From Caecitellus pseudoparvulus (Eukaryota; Protista; Bigyra: Bicosoecida), in contig CBFFRQ010000047.1 of NCBI GenBank assembly GCA_965644315.1, positions 1 to 64,000 on the forward strand: DNA of 64,000 bases. Reading direction: 5' to 3'. A program made the translations under genes and the position numbers. The notes under the pieces were generated by a model, which saw only the letters and a list, made by a program, of their open reading frames with translations, had not been told where the DNA came from and did not search any database. This document shows positions 23,524 to 35,100 of this stretch, in pieces. Every line of letters starts with the position of its first letter. The first letter of the stretch is position 1.

Positions 23524-25892
23524 TCACTGTGCTGCTGCCGGTTCAGTGGTGGGCTCTGCTCCGCCATCTGACCCCTTGGGCCGCTTGGCCGCTGCTTCAT
23601 CAGCCACAGTGGACTTGATCTTGCGGGCCATGGCGTCAAAGGCCCTGCGCTCAGCAGGGGACACCGACCCCCGCACCCGGCCAGCAGCAGTCATGAAGTG
23701 CTGTGTCGACACTAGCAGTGCCTCCGCCTGCCCTGGCGCAGCAGAGTAGCGTTCCCGCAGGCAGGCCATGCTGGCTTCCCGAACCAGCGCAGCCAGGTCC
23801 GCCCCAGAGTACCCGTCACAGGCGGACGAGGCGGCGATGGAGGCGAGGTCCACGCCTGGCGCCAGGGGCGTGCGCCGCGCCGCCTTGCTCAGGATGTCTG
23901 CCCGCTGTGCTGGTGTTGGCAGGGGCACGTACAGGAGCTTGTCCAGGCGACCCGGCCGCAGCATGGCCGAGTCGATCATGTCGGGGCGGTTGGTGGCGCC
24001 TACTACGAACACAGAGTTGCGGCCGCCCATGCCGTCCAGCTCCGTCAGCAGCTGGTTCACGACGCGCTCCGAGACACCGCTGCCGCCGTCAGCACCCGCC
24101 CCTCGCCGTGGCGCCAGTGCGTCCAGCTCATCGAAGAACACGACACAGGGTGCCGAGGCACGTGCCCGGGTGAACACTGACCGCACGGCGCGCTCGCTCT
24201 CGCCCACGTACTTGTCCAGCAGCTCGGGGCCCTTGATGGAGATGAAGTTTGCGTGGCTCTCATGGGCCACCGCCTTGGCCAGGAGGGTCTTGCCGCAGCC
24301 AGGGGGGCCGAAGAGCAGAACACCCGCGGGGGCGGCGATGCCCAGGGACGCGAAGTGTTCCGGGTGCTGGATGGGCTGCACGATGCACATCTGCAGCTCG
24401 GCGCGCACATCCCCCAGCGCGCCGACATCTGCCCAGGCCACGTCCGGGATGGTGGTGAAGCCCTCTCGCATGGCGCTGGGCTGCACCGCGGCCAGGGCGC
24501 TGTCCATGTCGCCGGGTGTGACGGCGATGTCCCCCAGGGCGGCCGCATCCAGCGGCTCCGATGTCCGCCACGGGAAAGACGGCCCCTGCTGGGGTGACCC
24601 GCTGCCCCCGCCCTGGCGCTGTGGGAACAACTGTTCGAAGGCCCGGTTCACAGCGGCGATGGCTGCCTCCTTGGCCAGGGAGGCGAGGTCCGCCCCAACA
24701 TACCCTGGCGTGCGCCGTGCCAGGGCGGTGATGGACACGTCAGAGTGCAGGCGCATGCCCGCCAGTACCGTGGTGAGGATGGCCCCACGTGCCGCCTCGT
24801 CGGGGATCCCCATGCACACCTCCCGGTCGAAGCGGCCTGCACGGCGCAGGGAGGCATCCAGCGCATCTGGGCGGGATGTCGCCCCCAGCACCACCACGCC
24901 GCCGCCGCCCGCCGCCAGGCCGTCAAGGCAGGACAGCAGCTGCGCCACGACGCGTTTCTCCATGCCACGCGCACTGTCGGCACGCTTGGGCGCGATGGCG
25001 TCCAGCTCGTCCAAGAACAGCAACGCAGGAGCGTGTTCCGACGCGTCCCGGAACAGCGCCCGCAGCGTCTCCTCGCTCTCGCCCGACATGCCCGAGATGA
25101 CCTCTGGCGCAGACACGGCGCGGAAATGCACCCCCAGCTCCCCTGCGATAGCGTGTGCGAGAGTGGTCTTGCCACACCCAGCCGGGCCGTGCAGCAGCAC
25201 ACCCACTGGCGGCGTCACCCCCATGTGCCTGTACAGCTCCGGGTGGGTGAGGGGGTACTCCACCAGGTCCCGCACAGCCCCCATGACGGCCTCAATGCCG
25301 CCCAGATCAGCGTACCGCACAGTGGGCCGGGGGGTGGGCTCGCCCAGGGCACCTCCAGGCCGCCCACCACCGGACCCGGCCCCCGCCCCGCTCCCAGCGG
25401 CGCCGCCAGCTGCCGCCTCCCGACGGCGTTTCTTGCCCCGCCCGCCGCCAGGCGTGGCCGGTGCTGCCTCAACAGACTTGGAGGAGGGTGTGGGCAGGTG
25501 CCTGTACATGCCTGCGTTGAGGGAGCTGCGCGGCGTGGCGCTGCCGCTGCCGTCTGCGTCGGCTGCGTCTGCAAAAGCCTCTGGGACCTCTGCGTCCTCA
25601 GCCGGTGCAGAAGCCGCCACAGGGGCTGCTATGTCGTCTAGCACTGTGTTCACGTTCTTCCTCAGAATGGCCTGTGACGAGAGGCGGTGCTGCAGCGCGT
25701 CAAGCGGCGTGCTCCCGAACGCAGGCGAGCCAATTTCCGCACCGGACTGAGCCTGCCGTATTCACGATGGCGGGCAATGAGCATGGCCACGATGCGGTCC
25801 ACGTCACAGTCTGCTTCATCCGGCATGTCCTTCAGCACTGCCGTCACCCGCCGCCTCATCACCGCGGACAGGGTGCCCTTTCCCGACGGCAT
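23524..25892 (-). CDS. NVL: Nuclear VCP-like AAA ATPase (NVL2/Rix7), 60S biogenesis
   Basis: Two AAA domains (GPAGCGKT; GPPGCGKT), SGMSGESEE, VQPSAMREGFTTIPDVAWADVGAL, MLRPGRLDKLLYV; exon 1 with HREYGR N-domain joined through a GTGCGG..CAG intron. Confidence 0.93.
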
Positions 25893-26071
25893 TGCGGTAA
25901 TTGGTGCGGGGGGGCGGCAAGCTTGTGCAGCAGGCAAGGCCCCCTGCACTTGGGCAGCACCCGAGCGCTCCAAGCGACAAGAACGGAGCGCTACTCACGT
26001 TGACCTGCAGGGTGTTTGGATTGGTGCAGTTTGCGCGTGGCCACATGACTGCTCCGCCGTGCCCGGGGCGC

Positions 26072-27656
26072 TCACTTGCGCGACCCGGAGTCTCGCACGG
26101 CATACTTCTCGTGGAGTACTTTCTGCGCCCCCCCGAACATGGTTCGCCTACTGCTCCCCATGGGCGGCAGGGCCCCCGGGCCGGGGCGCCGCGCGACTGC
26201 CGGTGCCTCGGCTGGGCTCGGTTCCGCAGCCTCCTCGCCCCCTGCCCCAGTGGCACTGCGTGCGGGGCTGGGCGCGGCAGCAGTGGCGGTGGGCGGCTGG
26301 GCGGGGGGCAGGCGCTGTGCTGGTGCGTGGCTCTGCACTGCCGCCTGGCAAATGCCGGCATACGCGGCGTCAGTGGCCACCTCGGGCACCTCCCGGAACC
26401 ACAGCTCGCACTTGAAGTCCCGCTCAAACTCCTTGTGTTTCTTGTCCTTCACGGCCGAGTCCAGGGCGGGCTTGTCCAGGAGCAGGTAGTTGTGGAACAC
26501 CATGCCCGTGTGCAGCCACAGGCCGAACATCTTGTCGTCAGCACTGCCCTTGTCTTCGTCCAGGAACTCCAAGTGCGCATTGCCGCGCAGGAACACGCCA
26601 CAGCGCGCGACGTCCAGGTCGACCACCTTGTCCTTGGCGTGGTAGTGCCGCAGGGAGCTCTGCCACTTGCGGAAATCGAACAGCGGCGTGCGTTGCAGGC
26701 CCGCGCCGGCGTTGGTCACCTCCACCGTGAAGTACGGGTCGCAGCCGCCAGTGAGGTCGAATTCCGGCACAGTGATGAGGCGCACGGCTATCAGCTGCAG
26801 CGTGCGCGTGGTGCTGGGCACGGCGCGGTGCAGCGCGTTGCGCAGCAGCCACTCGTAGTAGTGCACCCACCGGATCTGGGAGGGAATGGTGACACCCTTG
26901 CCATTGGAGGTGCGCTTCTGTGCGAAGATCTGCAGGGCCTCTGTCGCCGTCTCGGCAATGCCTGCGTGCAGCAGGTAGCAAGCCACCATGAGCCCGGTGC
27001 GGCCCTTGCCAGCTTTGCAGTGCACCGCCACGACGTGGGCTGGATCCGCCAGCAGGAACTGGTCCACTGAAGCACAGAATTCGTGCACCATTTCCAGTGG
27101 GCACGGGTTGTGGTCGTCGAACGGGAACCGTGCGCAGTCTGTGCAAGGGCGTGAGGTGTGCGTGCTGCGTTTCCAGTGCTGCAGCACCAGCGCATGCAGC
27201 ACGCACGTGGAAACACGCTGCCTGAGGAGTAATCCCGCTCGCTGCACAGGTTGTACACCTTGATCTTGTCGCCGTGGCGACTCGCAAAGAACCTCTGCAC
27301 TTCGCTCATGGGCTGCGGAGGTGAGTGGCACCTTGGCGTGTGATGGCTGTGCTTCGCTGCAGCAGCGCGCCGCAAACCTCCTCACGTTGCGGTATGCCGC
27401 CTCCCCTCCTTCACTAGGGAATCCCATGGCTGTGCAAAGGAAGGGGGGGTGTGTTTGTGGGGTGGAATCAGGCAGCATCGCCGGCATGCGGCCCGCGCAA
27501 GCACTTGGCGCTACACGGCGTGCCCGTCGCGGCGACCGCACCGATGAGTCGGTCGGCGATGTAGGACAGGTCCAAGTCGAAGCCATCCTCCTTGTCGACA
27601 AGCCTGCGTTTCTTCTTGCTCACGAGGCCCCGTGCAGCCCGGAGAATGCTGGCCAT
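26072..27656 (-). CDS. PTEN: PTEN phosphatidylinositol-3,4,5-trisphosphate 3-phosphatase homolog
   Basis: GLVSKKKRR..GFDLDLSYI, AMGFPS, YNLCSER, FPFDDHNP, P-loop HCKAGKGRTG, GVTIPSQIRWV, then C2 domain; three 5' introns. Confidence 0.95.
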
Positions 27657-27970
27657 GCGCTCACCTGCGAGCGGCGCAGCCGCCCAACAGCTTCGGCACT
27701 TGTGTCACCACCAGCCAGGCCACACTCGTGGTCATGAGCCAAGCATTTGCAGCTCCTCTGACAGGCAACGGCAGGCGGCGCTCCGGACTGTGTTTCAACA
27801 TGCTGCGCATAGCAGCACAGTGAAGTGTGGTGTGCCGACTGCATTGAGCAGGCAAGGCGGTGCAGCAAGAAGCAAACGCACCACAGCCGCGCTGCATTGC
27901 TTCGGCGCCGCCCAGGCTAAGAATGCACACGTTTCCCATGGGCGGTCGCACCTACACCAGCACACAGCCG

Positions 27971-30900
27971 TCACAAGTCCACTCCGTCGTCCCCCGTGTC
28001 AGCTTCGTGCCCGCGCGCCGAAGCAGCGGCAGCTTCTTCTTGCAGCATGACCCACGTGTCAAATTCCGACAACATGCGTTGCTTCAGCGCCGCCACTTGT
28101 TTCATCAGGAACGCCACCTCCGCCTTCAGCTCCTTCACTCGTGCAAAGTGCTTGCGGTACTCTGCCTTGGCACGCCGCAAGTCGGCCAGGGTGGCTTCGA
28201 TTTCTGCCTCCGCCGGTGAACGCTCGGCCTGCTCTGGTGTGCTGGCGCGGTCTACTTCCTCTGCGCCGCTGCGTCCTGACGCGCCGTCTCCCTGCTCCGC
28301 CTCGCCCTCGGCATACGCCACGTGCCGGAAGGCATCTTCAGGCGCGCCCCCCTCGGGCGCATCCCGTTCGGCCGGCTCACTCCCCTGTCCCAGCCCCATC
28401 GCCTTCAGCTGTGCGTCACTGGCGCTCCAGGTAAAGGCGTCTTGCCCGCCCACGTCGGGGGAGGCCTCCTCTCCCCGCACGGCATGGGCAGCTTCAGGCG
28501 TCGTGGCGCGCGCCACACCACCCTGCGCGGATTCAGGGACAGCCGCGCCGCCTGCCTCTTCAGACCCGTGCCCTGACCCCCCCCTCGACACCCCTCGCAC
28601 ATCCCCCTCCCCGTCATCCGGACTCCACTCCAGCGTCAGCTGCAGCGTCAGGTCCAGCGTGTCGCTGGGCACCTGCAGCGTTTCACGCACCTCTCCAGGC
28701 GCATGCACCCCCCCCTCCAACGCTTCAAGCACTGCAGACAGCGGCAGGCGCACAGTGCCCAGCTGGATGGGCCCACCCTCCGCAGCCCCCCCGCTGCTTG
28801 CCTCAGAGGCCGCCCCCTCGCGAGTCGCGTCCGAGGAAGGGGAGGGGGGGTCGGCTGGCCCACTACCCTCAGGCCCCGACACCGTCACCTCCAACAGCAC
28901 TTCTTGCCCACCCTCTAGCGCAGCTGCCGCCTCCACGGCAGACACGGAGAAGGTGGCGCCCTGCGTCCAGGCCGCCTCGCCGCCCTGCACTGGGGCGGAG
29001 GGCAGGTCCTGGCGCTGGTGTCCGTACTCCAACGCCAGGCTGAGGGACGGCGGCGGAGGGGTGGGCCCATCGCCCCCGCCACCCTTCCCCCCCTCCTCCT
29101 CCGCATCCTCCCCGGGCTGCACAGTGCAGGAGCGCACGCTGACGTGCAGAGTGCCAGAGGGGGGTGGAGGGGGGGTGGCATCCCCTCCCTCGGTGCCGGC
29201 AACCCCGCCAACTTGCTCATCCACCGCGTCGGGGACAGGACTGCCGCTCTCACCTCCACCTGCTGCGCTTCGAGCCGATGCGCCACTGGACACGTCTGTG
29301 CGACTGGAGGCAGCTGCACGCGTGGAGGCGAGGGGCGCGGGGGGGGGCGTCTCCCCCCCCCGTAGGGCCTCCAGCCGCAGCACCAGGTCGTCAATGCGGT
29401 CCTTGGCGGCGTTCACCTCCTTGGCCTCCCGGCGCGCGGCGACCTTCTTGGCCTTGAGCTCCGCCCGAGCGTCCTCCAGACTCGCCACCGTGAGGCTGCC
29501 TGGCCCCGCCTTCCACTGCGCAAAGGCAGCTTCCGTAGTGCCGGGAGGGGGGGCCATGACACTGGCAACCCCCCCCGTCATCTGACTGGCGCCATCGCCC
29601 ATCCCGTCCCCCTCCTCCTCATCCCCATCACGCCCCGACAGGTGGTCTGTCGTGCCGGCGTGGGTGGGCCCACCCCCCGCAGAGTGCCGGAGACGGGCTG
29701 CCTCGGCGCGGGCCTGGCGGGCGAGGTGGCGCAATGCGGCAAACGCTGCACCCACCTGCCGCAGGGTAGACACCTGCATCAGCCGCGCCGCGTGCAGGGA
29801 CGCGGGGGCCAGGTCGTGCAGACGCCCGTCGTCTGCGGCGTACGTGAGTTCGCCAGGCACAGCGCCCTCCGAGCGGGCAGACACCTGCCCCGCTGCGCCA
29901 ACGGCCCCCACGCCGTCGGGGTCCCCCCCCCCCTCCTCCTCCCCCTCGTCGTCCGACGGCGCGTCCACGTACGCCTCCACCAGGTCCTGGATCAGGTCCG
30001 TCTCGGCGTCCGTCAGCGGGCCATACCGCACCCCCGTCCGCCCCACCAGGGCGTCATGCATGGCCAGCTCCCGCTTCAGCGCCTTGATCTCCCCCTCGTA
30101 CTTGGCGATGGTGGCGCGGCTGACGGCGCCGGAGCCGCCGCCCTCCCGCGACACGTTCTTGCTCACGCGTGTCTTCACCTTCATCATGCGCGTGGCGAAA
30201 CGCAGCGTGGCCACACTCTCCTCCACGTGCTGGGCGTCTGGCCACACACACGCAATCATGCGGGTGCGGCAGTTCCCGCCAAGGCTGTCCTTCAGCATGT
30301 TGGTCAGCTTGCTGGAGCGGTAGGGCACGTGTTCGCGCTGCCGGGACAGCAGCGCCAGCACCACCTGCTCCAGGAAGGACAAGGACTTGTTGATGTAGCT
30401 GGCCTGCACCTGCACACCGCCCTCGGACCCCGTCTTGCTCTGCCGCTCAGACCCCGCCAGATCCACCAGGTGCAGCTTGGAGCGCACCGTCTCTGTGGAG
30501 GCCACAGAGCCATCCTTGCCCCGCACCGCGTACTGGCGCTCCAAGTACAGCGTGAAGACGCAGTGAGAGCGTGTGGAAGCGGCGTTCAGGGCGTGCTCTG
30601 CCACTGCCCGGTTCAGGCCGCCCTCGAACAACGCTGAGAGCGCTTCTTCAGAGGACGTCACGGGCAGGCGCGTGAGCCCCCGCACGTGCGTGCCGCCCTC
30701 GCGGTCCTCTGTGATGATGAGGTGGCTTCCGCCGCCGCCGCCGCCCGCGGTGCCGCGCTCCACACTGCCAAATGCCAACTTCGCGTTGCCTTCCACCCCC
30801 GCCCCAGCGCGGGACGCCGCGACGGCATCTGCGTCGAAGGATAGCAGGTCAAAGAGCGTCTCGTTGTAGATCTCCAGGTAGCTGACGCTGAGGGACGAAG

Positions 30901-31565
30901 CTTGCAGGGTGCGCCGGGGGTGGCCCCCGCCAGACGCCCGACTGCCGGAGCCTGCGCCTACGTGCCCCCCCGCTCGTTCCTCGTCCATCAACTCGAAGGT
31001 GCGGGCGATGACGCGCGGCACCAGCCCGCGGTCGGCGTACCCCGCCTTCTGGCCGCCAGTCTGCGCGGGGGGGGGAGGTGTGCAGAACGGTCATGGTCGA
31101 GCAAGGAGCACCTGGGGGGGAAGCCGACACACCATGGTGAAGGTCTTGCCAGCGCCAGTCTGGCCATATGCAAAGACCGTTCCGTTGTAGCCTTCCAAAA
31201 GCAGCTGCAAAGGCGCGGGTGGAGGGTAGTGAAGGAGCACCTCAACGAGCAAGCAGCCTCGGCCCGCCGCACCTGCACCATGTCCTCGCCAGCAGCCTTG
31301 AAGACGTCCGCTTGCGTCGCAGAGGGAGGCAGCAGGCCATGGGTGGTGAAGTTCAGCTGCTTGGGCCCGGGGCGCCCCTTGGCCCCCACACTGGCGTGCA
31401 CACTCTGCGGCAGTTGCGCAGTGAAACGCTGCGGAAACGCCCGGCGACCGCTCCCGACCTCTGCGCACTCACATGGTTGCGCTCGTCGACGGAGAACACC
31501 GAGCTTGCAAAGTCGGAGCTGGGTCGCATGCGGGTCAGCACCGACACTGTCGTCGTGTGGGCCAT
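27971..31565 (-). CDS. KIF9: Kinesin-9 (KIF9/KLP1-like) flagellar kinesin with C2-like insert in tail
   Basis: [54 protein letters not shown]; KIF9-type [14 protein letters not shown] and terminal [14 protein letters not shown]; three 5' introns. Confidence 0.88.
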
Positions 31566-32102
31566 GGCGCGTCTGGGTAGGGCAGGCTCGGAAACTGCTG
31601 GCCAGCCAGCGACCAGGCACTTTGCGCGAGTTTGCGGCGCCTTGGGGCAGAATTATGCACGGGGATGGCACATCAGCTGCCCTGCTAGTATCCTGCTACA
31701 ATGGAGCGGATTTCAGTCGCCTGCGTTTTGGGGCAACAGGGACAGACTGCCCACGCGATCGCTGACGCCTGCGAAGTATGCTGTGCAGCGGCGCTGTCCC
31801 AGCAGAAGTCGAAGATGCACAAAGACAATGCAAATGAGAGGAACCAGCCTTACCTTGAAGGTCCTCTTTTCAGGCCTTCCAAGCGTAGCCTGTCCCGGCA
31901 GTGCCCTGCTTTCGTGGTCTACCGTGGTCGCTGGCGACGTGACACGGGCAGGGGGATTTCGCCAGGCTCTTGGCACTCCACGGGCAAGCTAGTCTGCTCA
32001 TTTTGTGATCCAGCTTCCCATGCAAGTGGTGCCCTGCCACACCAGTCCAGAAATTCAATTACAGGCTCGCTCAGGTGGACTGGCCGACCGTTGGACGGCA
32101 CC

Positions 32103-35100
32103 ATGCAACGCAGGGGAAACGCCGGCGTAGAGAGCCAGGCAGGCAGCGCTGCTGAGAGCCTGCGAGAGGTGACCGACGCAGCTCTGGCCAGTCGGAAGAA
32201 TGCCTATGATGTGTATGCCGAGACGCAGGCGCGTTTCAAGCGCTGGTTCCTGGAGCAGTACGACGCCATCGGCGCAATAGTGGACGAGGAGCCGGGCGAG
32301 CGCCCCTCCATGTACGCCCGCTTCGTGCTGTCCAACCGCATCGCGCTGCAGGCAGCAGGTGTGCAGGAGGAAACTGTGGCAGCCCAAGCTCCTGAGCTGC
32401 AGCGTGCGCCCAGCAGCACCCTGCGCCGGGTGGATGGGCGTGTGGACTACCTGCGTGTGACACGGGCACGACACGCCGCTGAGCGTGCGACGCACTACCA
32501 CGGCGCCCTGGCAGGCATCACCAGCCCTGCCACCGCCTCCCAGAGCCAGGTGCGGGAGGACATGCGTCGGCGCATCCGCTACCTGCGCGCCACCGCCGCA
32601 TCCAGCCCATCCGCCACGCTGGCCATGTCCGGCAAGCTGGCAGAGGGGCCTGGTCCGGGCGCAGACAGGAGCACAGCATCCCCGGTTGGGGGTGGCAGTG
32701 CCAGTCCTGCTGCGTTTTCCTGGGACTTCACGGCACAGGGGGGCGGCCGCCGGCGGGGGCTGGAGCCCCGAGGGGGGGCGGCATCCCACGCTCCGCCCGC
32801 CCCCGCCTCACCCGGGGCGGCATCCCCCACCCGACCCCAGCCCTTCACCTTCCACCTGGCGTACCAACTCGCCAAGCAGACGTCAGAGCGTGCGAGGGCC
32901 CAGGCCAACGGCACATTTGGGGACCACCATGACGCGTACGACCCCCGACGCCAGACCCTGGTGGGGGTGGGGCCAGGGGATGAGCGACCCGTGCTGCCGG
33001 GGACAGGGCAGGTGCTGGTGACGGTGGACGAGCGGCCCTCCTCCCTCACTGCCAAGCTGCTGGGCGTGCCGCCGCCTCTGGGCACAGCTCGCCTGCTGCG
33101 ACGGCGTCTGGCCGTGATGCGGGCTGCTGCGGCACGGGAGGCGGCCGGGGCGCTGCCGACTGCCGTGGACATCGCCGACGCCGCCGCCGCAGACAGCCTG
33201 GCAGGGGATGCGCAGCAGCGGCACCTCCGGGCCGTCTTCAAGCGCTGTGAGCGCGCGGCAGCTGAGCTGGAGGGGCGTACCGTGCCCAGCTCGGAGCCAG
33301 CGGCAGCCGCCCTGCCAAGCTACGACAGCGAAGCGCTGCCGCCCGTGGGGTCTGCGACCTACCCCGCCTTTGCGCCCTCCCACGTGGACGCGGCGGCACA
33401 GGGCGACCCCCTGCACAAGCTGCTGTCCCTGGGGCACCTGGACTCCGCTGTGCAGGAGGCGCTGGCAGCCTTTTTCACGGACCCCCGCAGCGGCAGCCTC
33501 GCCGCGTACGACTCGGCAGTGTGGCACCACTTGGTGCAGTCCCTGGCGCGGTACGTGAGCAATCCCGAGGGCGCCTCTCGCCTCATGCAGCGTGTGAACA
33601 TCGTGGGCGGGCAGACTGACGCCGTGCCCCTTCGAGAGGGGCTGGCAGCCGCCGCCTCCACCGTCAGTCGACTGGGCCCCTCACGGGATGGCTCCCTGGC
33701 CTCCTCCCTGGGGGCCATGTCCGAGGGCAGGCTGAGAGCCGCCCTGGCTCAAGCGACGGCGGCAGAGCGTAGGGGAGAGGGCGCGTCCCTCCCGCCCCCG
33801 GACTCGCCGCAGGAGACGCCTGGCGCGCAGGCCGAGGCGCCTGGGGAGGCTGGCAGCCCTAGTGACACCAAGGGCCCTGCCGTGTTCGGGTTCGACCTCC
33901 CGCGGGCTGTATCCCTGCGTGAGCTGGTGGAGAGCGCCTCGCAGACCGCCCTGCGCCACACCATGGCGGCCCTGCCGCCCCAGGCCCGTGTGGCCGCCCG
34001 CGAAGCCTGGAGCACCTTCGCTGACCCGGAGGAAGACTTGACCATGGCGGGGCTGGTGGCCGCCGCTGCGGCAGCGGAGGGGGGTAGCGGCCGCAGCCTG
34101 GCGCCCTCTGCGTCTGCCTCCTCCCTGCGTGTGCAGGCCACTGTGCTGGACGCCGTCCTGGCCCGGCGGCAGGAGCTGGAGGCACAGCGCGTGGCCCGCC
34201 GCCACGCGCGCCTGCTCGAAATCCTCACCACCCGCCACGAAGTGAATGTGGAGGCCCTGGTGCGGCAGCGCGAGACGCAGCTGCTGCGCAAGTACCACCC
34301 TGTGGCGCGCGCTGCCGCCCGGGCCGCAGCAGAGCGCATCGCCACCCGTGCCCAGCACCTCAAGGCGCGCCACGGGTGGGGCGTCCTGGCCGGAGTGCGT
34401 GTCGCTGTGCGGCGCATGCGGGCTCTGCTGGGGGACGCGGCGGTGCGGCAAGACCTCGTCCTGGCCGTCGCCCCTAACGGCCGCATCCTGCCTCTGCAGG
34501 AGCTGGCCTGCCTCGCAGCAGCGGCAGGGGCCGTTGTGCCCAGCCGTGTGGATGCCGACGGCGTGTTGGTGGATGCCCGGCAACCTGGGCGGTACCACAC
34601 TGGCGCCGTGATGCGGGGTGCAGGGGGTGTGTCCGACAAGGTGGGTGCCGCCACAGGGCGTTCCGTGCCGGACGTACCCCAGGAGTACCTGCCGCACGGC
34701 TACGTGGTGCGGGACCCCGAGGACTACGGCAGGGCGGTGGTGACTGCCGCCGGTGTCCGCTTGCCGCACCAGGCGCCAGAACGCACCTTGGACCTGCACC
34801 TGGCCGGTCTCCACCCGTCACAGACACCCCAGCCGCACCACGCGCTGCTGCTGGCAGGCTACGTAGCTCGCCGGGCGGCTGATCCACCCATCGTGTCCAC
34901 ACGTCCCCCCGGGGATGACATGACCCAAGACGGCATTGGCGTGTGGCCTGAGGAAAGCAGGGTGCTGCTGGGGCCGTTCGCCGCCGACCACGCCCGGGGC
35001 GCACTGCCCCGCGGGCGCAATGTGCTGAAGTACAGGCCCAGCGCGGATGCCGATGGAGACCTGCGCACTCCCGATTGGTTCCTGCGGGAGTGGGGGGACC

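Noticed and set aside
23768-25750. 660-aa plus-strand ORF opposite NVL (likewise 27996-29585, 42139-43908, 12740-14476, 16186-17697, 38147-39595)
   Set aside because: Antisense shadow ORFs produced by high GC3 codon bias of the real gene; no recognisable motifs.
31701-32102. N-terminal 134 aa of the 3,332-aa ORF as real coding sequence
   Set aside because: Lower GC and no codon bias; it would leave only 135 bp to the KIF9 ATG. ATG 32103 has the better context, though the longer start is not excluded.
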